Made by a program: the position numbers and the translations under genes. From Octopus vulgaris (taxonomy: Eukaryota): a stretch of DNA of 64,000 nt. The stretch is taken from NCBI GenBank assembly GCA_951406725.2, contig OX597825.1:64542001-64606000 (forward strand), written 5' to 3'. This document shows, piece by piece, positions 14,008-28,041 of the stretch. Positions within the stretch are counted from its first letter, which is position 1. Each line of letters begins with the position of its first letter. The notes below the pieces were generated by a model that was given only the letters and a program-made list of their open reading frames with translations, ran no database searches and was not told the origin of the DNA.

Positions 14008-14008
<1 letters not shown>
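13153..14008 (+). pseudogene. Tc1-family transposase, disrupted
   Basis: N-terminal HTH QRCQIVGARMSGASVTKT, VIFSDESSF at about 13565, GGGSVMIWG, FQDDNAPIHTAK and [15 protein letters not shown] (DD34E type). Several stops and frameshifts; both ends run into (TA)n. Confidence 0.92.
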
Positions 14009-14011
<3 letters not shown>

Positions 14012-14078
<67 letters not shown>

Positions 14079-14114
14079 ATATATATATGTATATATATAT
14101 ATATATATATATGC

Positions 14115-14146
<32 letters not shown>

Positions 14147-14150
14147 GTGT

Positions 14151-14235
<85 letters not shown>

Positions 14236-14258
14236 GTATGTATATATATATATGTAAG

Positions 14259-14293
<35 letters not shown>

Positions 14294-14344
14294 GTATATA
14301 TGTATATATATATATATGTATATATATGTATATATATATATATG

Positions 14345-14379
<35 letters not shown>

Positions 14380-14385
14380 CTGTGT
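14012..14385. repeat. (TA)n/(TG)n compound microsatellite
   Basis: Read directly. Confidence 0.97.
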
Positions 14386-14806
14386 ATAAATATCTGCGTG
14401 GAGTCGAGTATAAATGCGAAGCAGGAAGCGATATAAAATTTATAAGTAGACAAATATATAAATTATATAGATAACGAATAAGTTCATTGACCTTATGCAA
14501 GAGAATAAGTATCGAAGAGCAAGGGCTAATCTTGCGCTGTAACTTAACAGCGATGGAATGTTTAACTCCGTTAAAATTGTTTTATCTTCGTCTCTCTCGC
14601 TGTCAGTGCCCTTCCATGTAATTTCAGTTTTCACATGCCTAAAATTGTATGACATTTAGCGACACAAAAATAATACCTATCTAGCTAACATGATTATCAA
14701 ATATAAGTGAATATATGAGATGTATAAATATAGCGATATATGTGCGTTATGTGTGTGTGTGTGTATGACTGTCTATGTGTCTGTCTGTCTGTGTGCGTGC
14801 GTGTGT

Positions 14807-14863
<57 letters not shown>

Positions 14864-15023
14864 ATGGGCTTCATTCACTTTCCGTTTACTATACCCACTC
14901 ACAAGGTTTTGGACGACCAAGCTAGAGCAGAAAACATTTGTTCAAGATGCCAGTCAGTAGAGCTGAACCCGGAACCATGAGGCTGGGAAAGCTAACTTCT
15001 TACCACGCGCAGCGCTGCGCCCA

Positions 15024-15091
<68 letters not shown>

Positions 15092-15098
<7 letters not shown>

Positions 15099-15260
15099 AA
15101 ACACGAAGACAAGTGCTGCAGACAATAAACAAATGTATTGGTATAACGCTCAGGAATTGAAAAATGCCTTTAACTTTTCGAGCCTGCGCTCTTCCACAGA
15201 AAGGAACACAGAAAGAAACAAGGAGAGAAAATAAAGCATGTGTAGTTGTCGGTAAATGAT
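15092..15260 (-). mobile_element. Short hammerhead-motif element beside (TA)n
   Basis: Carries the hammerhead fold at 15167-15204 and the family motif TTCCTGAGCGTT on the minus strand. Confidence 0.7.
15167..15204 (-). ncRNA. Minimal type-I hammerhead ribozyme-like motif (variant core)
   Basis: Minus strand CCUUU CUGUGGA A GAGC-GCAG-GCUC GAA AAGU U AAAGG: 5-bp stem I and 4-bp stem II. The core has A6U and the stem III palindrome is mutated (AAGU for ACGU). Confidence 0.6.
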
Positions 15261-15449
15261 AAATCATAAATCCGCATAAGAGGCATTCGATATATTCAAA
15301 CATAATTCTTCACGACTGTTAAATAAGTATATTGAGGCCCTAGGTGCATGCAACCACTGTTTCTTTCATACCTTCAGATTTTACCACACATCTAAATGCA
15401 ACCTAAATTACTATACAGTACATATACCGAATCTCCCTAGGTAACCTCG

Positions 15450-16435
15450 AACAACCTTATTTGACATTCCAATTTCTTAATTTTTAAAACTTTGTTAAAT
15501 TTCCCAGTAGTAGATTGGATTTGGAGGATCCTCGTCAGTTTCATTTTCCCCTTTTTTTTCGTGAAACCGGACATACCTAGGTTTTTGTGCAAATTTGTTT
15601 GCACATAACCTAATGCCCCTGTGAATGTAGGTACAAATGAGAATTCAAAGTCAGGGTACATAAGATGTACGGTCCGCATTAATTCGCCATAAATATTCTT
15701 TTTTTATGGATTGTTGACGGTACACTAACGTCTGTTGGGCAGCTGGCCTCTATAACAGTGCATTACTTTTATACCCTGTCCCAAAGAACAGTAAAGGTTC
15801 GTTATTTTTTAATTGGGGTATCTCGCCAGTATTCCTTGTTTTAAAGGCGTGCATACCCGCTGGTTCTGACATGTCTTCGATGTATACCTCATAGCAGTCC
15901 TTCCTGCGGGTAGAACTGTAAATATATTTCTTTACTGCCCTCAAGAGGCTAAACATAGAGGGGACAAACAAGGGCAGACAAAGGGATTAAGTCGATTACA
16001 TCGACCCAGTGCGAAACTGGTACTTTATTTATCGACCCCGAGAGGATGAAAGGCAAAGTCGACCTCGGCGGAATTTGAACACAGAACATAACGGCAGACG
16101 AAATACGGCTAGGCATTTCGCCCGGCGTGCTAACGATTCTGCCTAGCCTTTGCAGCTACGTTACATCAGGGACTGCTAGTACATCTTGGATATTTTGGTA
16201 CAGCTGATGATGGGTGGTCATGTATATCACGCCAGTATAGCAGGAACGTCATTTTCTGTCAAAATGTGTTGTTTTGGTGCTATCTTAATCCGTGTTGCTT
16301 ATTCTGTATTTAGTAGCTATCTCATGTTCCTCGATGGCGAAGGTATATTCATTAAGAAGGGAAGTATTAATATCTACCGCAGACCCCAGAGAAGCTACTC
16401 TTCCTATCAATGCCGTTGTTCTCCTAAGCTTCCGA
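15450..16435 (-). pseudogene. R4/NeSL-type non-LTR retrotransposon C-terminus (decayed zinc knuckle plus restriction-like endonuclease), split by a SINE B
   Basis: EYTFAIEEHEIATKY upstream. Downstream: WDRV.K.CTVIEASCPTD...KKNIYGELMRTVHLMYP...VPTFTGALG, matching the RLE signature PDxxxxD...IExxxPxD..K..KY..VPxxxGALG. Confidence 0.75.
15925..16142 (-). mobile_element. SINE family B (tail 1) inserted in the R4-like fragment
   Basis: Full core and tail GTCTGCCCTTGTTTGTCCCCTCTATGTTTAGCC on the minus strand. Confidence 0.9.
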
Positions 16436-16461
16436 TGTATGCACGTATGTATGCATGTATG

Positions 16462-16492
<31 letters not shown>

Positions 16493-16713
16493 TAAGGCGG
16501 CAAGCTGGCAGAAACGTTAGAACGCCGGGCGAAATACGTAGCCGTATTTCGTCTACCGTTACGTTCTGGGTTCAAATTCCGCCGAGGTCGACTTTGCCTT
16601 TCATCCTCTCGGGGCCGATAAATTAAGTACCAGTTACGGACTGGGGTGGATGTAATCGACTGAATCCGTTTCTCTGTCCGTCTGTGTTTAGCCCCTTGTG
16701 GGTAGTAAAGAAA
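16493..16713 (+). mobile_element. SINE family B (tail 1), full length
   Basis: Runs from TAAGGCGGCAAGCTGGCAGAAACGTTAG to CCCCTTGTGGGTAGTAAAGAAATA. Confidence 0.9.
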
Positions 16714-16717
16714 TATA

Positions 16718-17286
16718 TATGTATGTGTGTATGTATGTATGTACGTATGTACGTATGAATGTATGTATGAATGTATGTATGCATGTATGTATGCATGTAT
16801 GTATGTATGAATGTATGTATGTACGTATTTACGTATGAATGTATGTATGTACGTATGTATGTATGTATGTATGTATGTACGTATGTATGTATGTACGTAT
16901 GTAGGTATGAATGTATGTATGTATGTATGCACGTATGTATGTATGAATGTATGTACGTATGTAGGTATGAATGTATGTATGTATGTATGCACGTATGTAC
17001 GTATGTATGTATGTACGTATGTAGGTATGAATGTATGCATGTATGTATGCATGTATGTATGTATGAATGTATGTATGTACGTATGTATGTATGTATGTAT
17101 GTATGTACGTATGTATGTATGTATGTATGTATGTATGTACGTATGTATGTATGTACGTATGTAGGTATGAATGTATGTATGTATGTATGCACGTATGTAT
17201 GCATGTATGTATGCATGTATGTATGTATGTATTCATGTATGTATGTATGTATGATTGTATGTATGCATCTATGCATGTATGTATGT
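16718..17286. repeat. Degenerate (TATG)n array with local 60-bp higher-order period
   Basis: GTAGGTATGAATGTATG recurs at 16901, 16961, 17021 and 17161. Confidence 0.9.
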
Positions 17287-17503
17287 GGGATGGGATGTAT
17301 GCGATTCTTTTCCTGACAATTCCAAAGGAATGTGTAAAATTTTGAGGTTTCTTTCAAAACACTGCTAATATTTCATTGCTGAATTATAATGAAAGTTACA
17401 GCAATTCACGTTATATTTCTTGCTTTTACTTACATTCTGACGCAAGTATACATACATAGATACATGCATAGATACATGCATAGATACATGCATAGATACA
17501 TGC

Positions 17504-17539
<36 letters not shown>

Positions 17540-17840
17540 GAATGTATATGCGCACACAAACGTACGTGATCGCTCAGACATATAGGTATATGTGTGTGTG
17601 TGTGTGTGTGCTTGTGTGTGTATGTGCGCCTGTGTGTATTTACATACATATATATGTATATCAATATATATATACGCATACATAAACACATATAGACATG
17701 CACGCACAAAGATATATATATATATAGATAGATATATATATATTATATATGTCCGCAGTCAATTGACTGAATCAAGTAAAAGAGTAAAAGAGAATATATA
17801 TAATATAATATAACACACACACGCGCCTATATGCACACAT

Positions 17841-17951
<111 letters not shown>

Positions 17952-18097
17952 TCCGTGTGTTATTTTTACACAATGCTTTTGAAAGTTATATATACGTTTT
18001 CATTCATCTACAACGTGATCAGAGGCAATATGTACATATTCACAGATAGCGACACAGAGGAAGAGAAACACCCATACAGACACAGATATTACTTCTC

Positions 18098-18213
<116 letters not shown>

Positions 18214-18779
18214 CATATATATATATATATATATGTGCATATACGTATATGCGTATTTATGTATGAGTGCGAATGTATTGTGTGTTTAATATATATATAC
18301 ATACATATATATGCGTGTGCATGTCTGTGTCTATGTATGTATAATATAATGGAGAGATAGAGAGGAAGAGAAAGACAGACATAATGTGAAAAACTCGTTG
18401 AAAAGTAAGTCGAACACTCACAAAACTAAAATGGTATATATGGAAATCAATATAAGTCTAGCCCCGAGCTAAATCTTGGTAACATCATAGTAAAGTGTAT
18501 GAGTATAAAAGAAATATTTACACGCTGGTTAGACAATATTTTTAACAAACACTTAATTGATAATTTCATTTAGTTTGATATAATATATTAATGTGAATGA
18601 CTCTTTCTACAACATATGAAAGTAAAGAATCGCATCTCCTAATCAATAAGGATGTATATATATGTATGTGTGTATATGTGTATATATATGCATACAGATA
18701 TATGTATGTATGCATATATATATATATATTTATATAATGTATGCATGTATATACATATATAGATATATAAATATATATG

Positions 18780-18829
<50 letters not shown>

Positions 18830-19639
18830 TATGTATGTATATATATATATATATATATAATATATATGTATGTATATATATATATAAGTATATATATGTA
18901 GTATATATATATATATATATATATATAAATATATATATGTATGTATGTACATGTGTGTGTGAGTGCGTGTGTGTACCCGTGTGCAACTGTGTACACATTT
19001 ATGGTTGAACTTATATAATTCAAATATCTACAAAGTGCGTTTCAGAAGTTATGAGACTTTTTTAGGAGAAGCGTTTTAAACTGTCCAAGATTATTTTAAA
19101 TCTAGTATATCATTATTATGTATGTATTCAACTAACCTTCCTAAATTCAATTCCAGATTGAAGGATGAGTTCAAAATACTGTAAAAATACTTTGAACACG
19201 CTTACTAAATAATACTGCTTATCACAACTGACTAGTTTGTAGAACTCATTCGAGTCTTGAAGGGTGTTCGGAAGCTCGATATACAATAAAATTTCTATTA
19301 AACTGTATGGCAAAAACTACATATAGATGTAAAATGCTCTACACTGTTTACGATTAAGTTGTGTGAACAGTTCATCTGTTGTTCTCGGGCACAAGAGTTT
19401 CGAAAAAAGTAGAGAACACGCGAGAAATGATGTTAATTGTTGAAAGGAGAGGAACTTCAAAACATCTGAGCTGGTTGAAAAATTGCACACTTCTTTGGAT
19501 GAAGACCGCCATGCGTCTATATTGACAATAAGTGTACTAAATCATAAAAAGATCAGATCCTATTTGCTATAGATCTGGACACAATGCAGCTATGAGTTAC
19601 TGACTGACAATTCAAGCTAGCTGGGAACAAGTGCGACTC

Positions 19640-20049
19640 CTTTACTCTTTCACTCATTTACTTGTTTCAGTCATTTGACTGTGGCCATGCTGGAGCACCG
19701 CCTTTAGTCGAGCAAATCGCTCCCAGGACTTATTTTTTGTAAGCCTAGTACTTATTCTATCGATCTCTTTTGCCGGACCGCTAAGTTACAGGGACTTAAA
19801 CACACGAGCATCGGTCGGTTGTCAAGCGATGTTGTGGGGGGACAAACATATACACACACATGCATATGTACATATACATATATACGACGGGCTTCTTTAA
19901 GTTTTCGTCAACCAAATCCACTCACAAAGGCTTTGGTCAGTCCGAGGCAATAGTAGAAAACATTTGTCCAAGGTGCCATGCTGTCTGACTGAACCCGGAA
20001 CTATGTGGTTGGTAAGCAAGCTACGTACCACACAGCCACTCCTACGCCT
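19640..20049 (-). mobile_element. SINE family A
   Basis: Full-length match to the 1141-1573 family. Confidence 0.9.
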
Positions 20050-20059
20050 ATTTTGGGGG

Positions 20060-20730
20060 AGAAAAAAGACATCTTTTCCATAACAACACCAATCTTAAGA
20101 AGTATGTCAGTGAACGTGACGTGGGTATTATTGTAAGCACCGATCTGCTCTGGAAAGAAACTACAACTCTAATATTGTCAAGAAGGCTGAGGCTCTCTCA
20201 GCATCACTCAGGCAAACATTTGTCAGCCGCTCTCCTGCTATCTATTTAAAACTGTGGTGTGACTATGTTACGTACACATTTAGAGTTTGCATCACCAGTC
20301 TGGAACCCCTATATTGCGCTGCATATCAATCCCCTGGAAACTGTTCAGAAACGTGCAACCAAACGAATACCTGAGCATAGACACATTAAAATTCCGACAT
20401 CTGGCCACTGACTTGGCAGACACTCACAAGATTATCCACCATCTTTCCACCAACAACCTTGAGCACCTTTTTGAATTCCACATGTCAAAATCTCAATTCC
20501 ACATTTCAACATCAAAAAGCAATACACCGCCCAAGACTTTCGGAAACATTTTTTCACGCTCTGAATTGCTGAAGCAAGGAATAAACTATCTGTATCAGTT
20601 GTTAGCTGCCGAGACAATACATTCTTCAACATTTCCATGCTTCCTGAATTTCGCCAGCAGTACATCTGATGACAACTTTTTTTTAAAGTTTTAGTGTACC
20701 TGAGCACTGTATATAACAATTCCAGCATAT
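20060..20730 (+). pseudogene. CR1/L2-type LINE 3' fragment (post-RT region)
   Basis: ERDVGIIVSTDLLW, IVKKA, HLEFASPVWNPY, LETVQKRATKRIP and DLADTHKIIH are typical CR1-group C-terminal motifs. Confidence 0.8.
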
Positions 20731-21405
20731 AATTACAATCTGGAGTTGGTGTAGCAAATACACACAGAATTATTCATAAATATCTGAGCAGATGCAAAAT
20801 CTGTGCAAAATTTGTACCTTGGTGTTCAGTGACGAACAGAAGGGAAGACATGTTGGTGACAGCAGGGAAATATTCGGGCTTATTACCTGCAATCCAAGAA
20901 TACTTGAGTCTCTGGTGACCTGCGACGAAATTTGGACCTACTGTTATGATTGAGAGACCAAGGGACAGTGTCTCGAGGGTAAGTATCCTGGCATATCTAC
21001 CATGAAACTTATGGTGAACCGCTTTTACGACATCAAGGGCATCATCTACATCTATGGCAAAGTGGTCAACAAAGAATAGTTTGTGGAGATTTCGAGGGTA
21101 TTCAGGAAGAGATTTCGTTGCAAAAGGCCAGATCCCTTCCTTGCCGGTCGGTGGCATCTACACACGGATAATGTACCATTCTACAATTCTGTCCTAGTAT
21201 CTAAATATTGAATAGATGGGTGTCAAAACTGTCCCTCAACCTTAACCCTCAACCTCGTCTGGTTGTACACTCAGTATACGTTTACTATTTTTATCTGTCG
21301 TTTATTTACAATGCATTTTTTTCATTTATTAACGGTACGCAACGCAGATCCGACTTTTACTAACAGTAAGTTTATAAATGTGTGTGTATGGTATCGTAGA
21401 ATATG

Positions 21406-21442
<37 letters not shown>

Positions 21443-24400
21443 TGTGCATGCTTTCTATTTTACAGCAGTTTCATGCAGGTGAGATCATATTTGATAGAAC
21501 TGGGAGTATTTCCTCTCTACATATATTTGCGTTGAAACACGTGTTTTTTTTTTTCTCACTTTTTTATTGTTTCTATTCATAGGATTTGTATATTGTTTTG
21601 AATACAGAGTCTTTCTTTTAGCCCTCGCTTGCAATGTCTAGCGTTCGATCTCGATTTCTTGTTGTTTGCCTTATTTCAGGACAATTCTTTATGGCTCTGT
21701 CTATCAATAGTTGATTTTAAACACTTTTCTATTAGGTTTCTGGAAAGGGCAATGCAAATTCTTGCCATAATTTGTTTCCTTAACCTGTTGATTGTACTGA
21801 ACACGCATTGATTTTGCTTTTTATTTGGTCTTCCTTTGTTTGTTTGTTTTTACTCCTCTGTGAGTAATGTTGTTACTTTCAATTTGTCTGGCTTTGGTTC
21901 GTCATAATTCCCAGTTTGCTATTCCTCACCTCTCTTCCACGTGGTTTCGGTTCTATTCTTTCGTATTTACTCTACATAAAAAACTTATTTAATTACCACG
22001 TAAATTGTTTTACCGAATTTTTTATCGCTTTAGCGATGATTCGATGAATTCTTGTATAATTTTTTTTAGATATTGCTCTATGTATTTGCAAACGAATTTG
22101 TTCGTATACATCTATGCATGTAACTGTGAGTAAACGCGAATGGGAGAACGTGCGTAGGTGTTTAGTTCGTATATGTATATATGTGTATGTGTATAAGCGA
22201 ATATATGCATTCATGTATGAAAGTACGGGCTTGTATGCGTGCGTCTCTATCGCATATATTTTCATATATTGACGTATCTATACAAATTTACGGAAAGTAA
22301 TCATTTCAACAAGATATGAAACCACCAAACAGTAATTAATAAACACCAAAACGTAGCTAACAAAATCTAACTGGATCTCTCACAAAATTCTTGTGATAAA
22401 AGTTGACTAAAAAAACCAAGCTTTGTAATTCTGACCTTAATTACTCTTCCTATTTTGATAAGTATTTTTGCAATTGCCGATTTATTTAAGCACTGATATA
22501 TCATATCACTATTAGGGATCTCCTAACGGCTGCCCAACTACGAGAAAATAAGGTGCTGGGGTTTTTATATATCAGTGAGATACTTCCAGCCTTCAAAAGA
22601 ATACGAAATCAAATTAACCAATTTCTAAACATTGAGTATTTCATGTTCTATGTATGAAGCAATAATTTGTAGGGATTTCCATCGATCGAATCATAGTTTT
22701 TGTATCAAGTATACATTGATATATCTCTGATTGTTATAACTGTAACATATTCAATGCATGTTTTCAGTCATTCCTTTAAAATTACGTTTACTATAGGGAT
22801 ATTGAAACATAGACCCATTGCATTTGCTAATCGTAATTGTATCTACTAAGGTTAACTATAGATCAGAAAAGAAATCTAACGACCAATGAGATGAGAAGGC
22901 AACTGAAATCCTGGGTTGAGGTTAAGTTCTGTATTGGACGGAAACGTAGCTGCTATTTTAGTACTTGTAAAATACCATCTATCACTGCGTTAATAAATTT
23001 TAGTCAGCAGAACTGCCGAATACCGTGTATTTTCCAGATCTAGTTAAGGTTTCATAATTATAAATTATGATTAGATTTACTCCTATACTTGCTAAGATCA
23101 ATCTAAGTGTATTTTATTACTCCAGCTAATGTTTTCGGCTCTCCAGTGCATTGGTAATTAAAATAATCACCAAAATCTCATCCCTTTCTCTTGACTAGAT
23201 TTAATTAACATTTGCTGCTAAGCCTATATTTCCCTCTGATCATTGCGAAGGAAATTTTAATTAATTGAAATATTTTGGATTGTTTCATTAACGGCGTTTT
23301 CCATTTCCATTTCATCTGTATTGATCTACCGCTGGATTAAACCCTGAAATACTCTTGTAGGTTTATCTTTGTTGATTGTAAGCTTACATGCCAACTGACC
23401 ACTTGAGTGTTAGACATGATGTTTTTGTGACTGTATGAACAACCCTGTCCTTGAGTATCTAGTTTGTGTTTGAACTCAGAATATAAAGGACTGGTACATA
23501 TGTTGCATACTATCTTGTGTGACGCTCTAACAATTTCATTGATCTTTCACCCCTGAATATCCATTTATTATTGCCGAACGAAAAATACGAAGTCACGTTA
23601 TCTAACGCTAACCGGTATATCTTACGTAACAAAGCATGAGGGCTAAAACCTGAATGTTAAGGGGTCTGTAAATGTCTCCAGGTTTTCCACAATTAAGAGC
23701 TAATTGTCGTTCAAACCGTAGAATCTTAAGAAAAATAATACATTGGGTAATGCAATTGTGATAGTCTATCTTTTAAAAATTAGCAGAAAACAAAGGCGGC
23801 ATGATTGTGGATTAATCACATTTGACCGAAGGACAAATCACATTTGTCCTTGGGCAAAATAATAACTTTAGCTGATTTAAGCAACATTTCGTTTGGTATG
23901 AACATACTTGTTACTCTATGAGACACATAAAATTATTTTGATATAAGCTAGATATAGCAACCAAATTTCCAAACCACAGGGGTATTGCAAAGAAAGGATA
24001 CATGAGATAATATGTACCTGGATAATATAAACCTCATTACAAGGGAAGATGGCCACATCTCGAATGTCTATAGATTTGTTCGATTAATGCTGATCAATTT
24101 AGAACAAAAGGAGACTACAATCTCCTTGCACATTACGACATTTCAGATTGATAATAACTTAATTATTTAATCATTTAATTGTCTAATGAAGAGAACTAAT
24201 ACTCAGTTCCCAAATCTGTAACATTAAATAAGATTCACATATCTCATCAGGAATAGCATAAATGTGTATTGGAGGTAATTCTCTCACATACATTAACTAT
24301 CTCTTCTCCACACAAACACAATAGACTGAGAGCAATGTAGAGTTAAGGTTTTTCTTTAAAGGTGAAGGAATAATACAATTGATGTAGCGAGCTGAGAAGT

Positions 24401-24859
24401 ATTTCTAATTAAAGTTTATAATCGTTGGTAGAAAAAAAAAATGTTTTCTTTAACGATTAGTTCTGGAGGGTAATGGGAGATAACTCTGAAATCTAAATTC
24501 ATAAAAAATTGAATATGGCCAAGTAACAGATGTGCGTTTTGATCTTTAATATGTTGTGCGTTAAAGAATAATAAACGCTACACAGACTTTCTACTTGGTC
24601 ATTTTGCTTCATATTTAAGTGTTAGAAGAATTCGCATACCAGCCTTTCAGTTGAATACACTCTAGTATATAAAATCACCCACCATTTCCTATATCTGTCT
24701 AACTGTCTCTCCTTTCTCTCCCTCTTCCTCTCTCTCTCTCTCTCTCTCTCTCGCTTTCTATCTATCTACCTCTCAGTCTGTCTATCATTCTATCTATTGA
24801 ACTGTTTCACTCCATAATATATTACATAGAATGTTAGTGCATATTACTCCGTAAGAGGC

Positions 24860-25077
24860 ATAAGGCCGGTTACCCGTTCTCTCCAACGTATATATTCCTC
24901 CCAGGACAGGACGCTGGTCCGTTGCATGATTATTCATTTTCGCCAACTGGTCAAATGCAGCAACGCGAAATGAAATGTTTTGCTCAAGAACACAACCCAT
25001 TGCCTAGTACAGGAGTCGAAACAATAATTTTAGGATCATGAGTCCAACACACTAACCACTAAGCTATACGCCTCCAC
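24860..25077 (-). mobile_element. SINE family D, diverged
   Basis: TTTTGCTCAAGAACACAAC...CTAACCACTAAGC...CGCCTCC. Confidence 0.75.
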
Positions 25078-25494
25078 ATATTACATAGATACAAAGCTCT
25101 TAATGTAACCGAAACCTCGAGTGGTATGTAAGATACTCTAATTCATGATACCTCCAGCTAGGTAACTTATTGGCGAAATGTTCCACTTTCTGAGAAGACA
25201 TGTTACCTAGACTACTAGTTAAGCAACTGGGATTTCGACCATAAGATCATGGGATTAATTACTGCACCGGGCGGATAAGTGTTTGATCGGGTAAAGCACT
25301 TTTCTTCGTCTTATCATAAACCACTCAGCTGACAAATATGCGCATTAAAGTTGACAAACATCCGATCAACGTCAGCTTAGGTTGAAAGCTTTAGAGTCAG
25401 TGGCCTAACGCAAATTATTTCCACATGGGTTGAGGTGTGTCAAATGAAGCATCCATCTTAAAGTAGGATAGTCAGAATTTAATGATAGAATATT

Positions 25495-25817
25495 CCACAT
25501 GGCTCAGTGGTAAGAGCGTCGAGCTTACTATTGAGGGGTTGTGAGTTCGATTTCCGACTGAGCTGAGTGTTGTGTTCTTAAACAAGACACGTTGCTCCAG
25601 TTCACTCAGCTGTAGAAATGAGTTGTGACGTCACTGGTGCCATGCTCTATCGGCCTTTGCCTTTCCCTTGGAAAACATCGGTGGAGAAGGGATGGGAGGC
25701 TGGTATGCATGGGCGACTACTGGTCTTCCATAAACAACTTTGCCCGAACTTGTGCCTCAGAGGATAACTTTCTAGGTGCAACTCCATGGTCATTTCATGA
25801 CCGTAAAGAGTCACCTT
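25495..25817 (+). mobile_element. SINE, D-type head with alternative long tail
   Basis: Head TGGCTCAGTGGT..GAGTTCGATT. The tail is shared with 37615-37949 and 54415-54752. Confidence 0.8.
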
Positions 25818-26506
25818 TTTTTTATTCCACATGAAGTGGTACGAAATTCTACTGTCAAATTTTGGTACAAGGCCAGCAATTATGAGATAGGGGCTAAGTC
25901 GATTAAATCGGCCGCAGTACTCAACTGGTATTTATTTTATCGACACCGAAAGAGTAAAAGGCACAGTCGATCCTGGCGGCATTTGAACCCTGAACGTGAA
26001 GAGAGACGAAATGCCGCTCAAGCATTCTGCCCGACGTGCAAACGATTCTGCCAGCTCGCCGTCTTAACCTATCATTAAATTTTGCCAGTGAAGAAGCAAA
26101 ACGAACTTGTAGAAAACGGTCCCATGGTAGAACAACCACGTTCGACTTGTGTTAGTGGCGCTATGTATATGCACTTGACTGGGATAATTAGAATTCAGTG
26201 TTGCACGTCTTCTTAGCTTTAATAAAAAATAAATTGAGATAAAGAAGTAAAGTTCAACGATGAATTCAATGTGGGTAATTGTTTTTAATTTACGTGTTAA
26301 ATTTTTTTCACTTGCTCTAGGGAAACGGAAAGAGTTTTCCATTGTACTCAGTAGATCAGGATAAACTGCTTGAAGAGACGGGCAAGAACAATCCAATATG
26401 TTACATGACCTACCACCATTTTAATTCTTTAATCTAAATGCTGCGTTAAGATATTAATAAACAAAAGAAATATAGCGGTCACCCAAGAGATCTCAGACAG
26501 AAGGAA

Positions 26507-26537
<31 letters not shown>

Positions 26538-27809
26538 TGGAGAAGAAAGAATGAAATGGAGAAGTGAGGAGATATAGAAGAGGTGAAAAGATATCTGGTT
26601 AGAGAGGGGGAGGAAAGGACAGAGTGGAGAGGATGACATCAACGAATGAATGAAATTAAATGGAGAGCGTAAGAATTGTGGACAGAAGAGTAGTTAACCA
26701 CTGAAGTTGTGAAGGTGATAGACAGAATGCTGGAGCCTGTTCAACGAAGAAATATGAGATTGATAAATAAGAATCAATCTTGGTGAATGGATTGATAGGA
26801 GAGATGTAGCTGTTGTGCCGTAGACGGCCGGAATGTGAGTTTATACATAAACGCATACGTACAACAACGGATGCAAACATACGTACACACACACACACAC
26901 ACACACATAGACTTAGATGTGTGTGTCTTAGTATGCGTGTATATGCATACATATATGTATATGTGAATATAAATACACACACACACACATTCATATGCAG
27001 ATAGAGAGAGAGAGAGATATTGAAGGAGAGAAGGGGAGGGAAGTAGGATGAGGACAAGAGAGAAGATGGTGAGAGTGAGTGACAGAGAGGAGAGAGACAG
27101 TAGAAGAGAGTAGAGGAACAATAGTTGGATGAATAGATTTACACACAGATAGATTGATTTATCGGTTCATTGATTGATTTAGAGGAGAAGAAAAAGACAA
27201 AAGTTAGAGAGTGGAATAGTTATTCGCCATTCCATAATGTCGCTTCGGGTAAGAGATGGAGAGAAAAAAGAGGAGATAGAGAGAAAGACAGAAGGAACTA
27301 ACATCTATAGATGATGATCATGATGGTCATGATGATCATGAGGATGATGACCAGACAGATCCATATATATTTGCTTGAATGTGTTGCTAGTGTGTTCACG
27401 TGCGTTTTTGAATGTGTGTGTGTGTGTGTATGTATGTGTATGTGTGCGTGTGTGTGAAAGAGAGAGAGAGAGAGAGAGAGAGCGTGTGTGTTCGGTTTGG
27501 TGTTCTTATTTTAAAAGAATTTTAAGAGTATTAACAGAACCTTCTACTGATGTGGGACCTTAAAACTATAAATTCTAAATATATTTGTTATGTAATTTGT
27601 TTCCAGTGGAACATCAAATTCACCAGACGAATTATTCAACCTGTGCCAGTTGAATAAACTATGAGGCGAAACTTCAAGGCCTATATACCTCAAAAATAAA
27701 ACACACATACATACACACATATGTAGGTATATATATTTATGTGAGTGTATGTGTGTTAATTGAAAATCATAGGCAAACATAGATGAATTGATACAACAAA
27801 CAACGTACT

Positions 27810-28041
27810 TATACAAGGTGGGGAAGTTTTCTGGCTTTAAGGATATCAGTAAATTCCTGGTTAGAGGCCCAAACTTCCGAGTTACTTTACAGGGCTTAGA
27901 AAAACTGAAGGACCGCTGCAATAAGTGCGGAAATCTGATGGGAGTGGGGGTGGGGTGGAATATGCTGAATAAAGTCATAATTAACTGATCTTCTTGTATT
28001 TACTTTTACCCAAAGCCAGGAACTTTTCTGTACCCCTTGTA
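27810..28041 (+). mobile_element. Mariner-derived MITE
   Basis: TA-flanked degenerate TIRs. Internal GLEKLKDRCNKC matches the mariner C-terminus GIxKLxxRWxKC. A second copy lies at 58684-58903. Confidence 0.8.

Larger units (their letters stand above)
19029..21255 (+). pseudogene. Mariner (DD34D-type) transposon remnant split by nested insertions
   Basis: A TIR-like start follows TA at 19029, with decayed N-terminal coding to about 19520. The C-terminal part at 20740-21255 gives AKFVP, VTCDEIWTYCYD.ETKGQ, FYDIKGIIY, VNKE, HTDNVP and VPQP. Confidence 0.75.

Noticed and set aside
13706-14008. Tc1 DDE ORF as a functional or domesticated gene
   Set aside because: The upstream part of the transposase carries multiple stops and frameshifts, and the 3' end is truncated by (TA)n.
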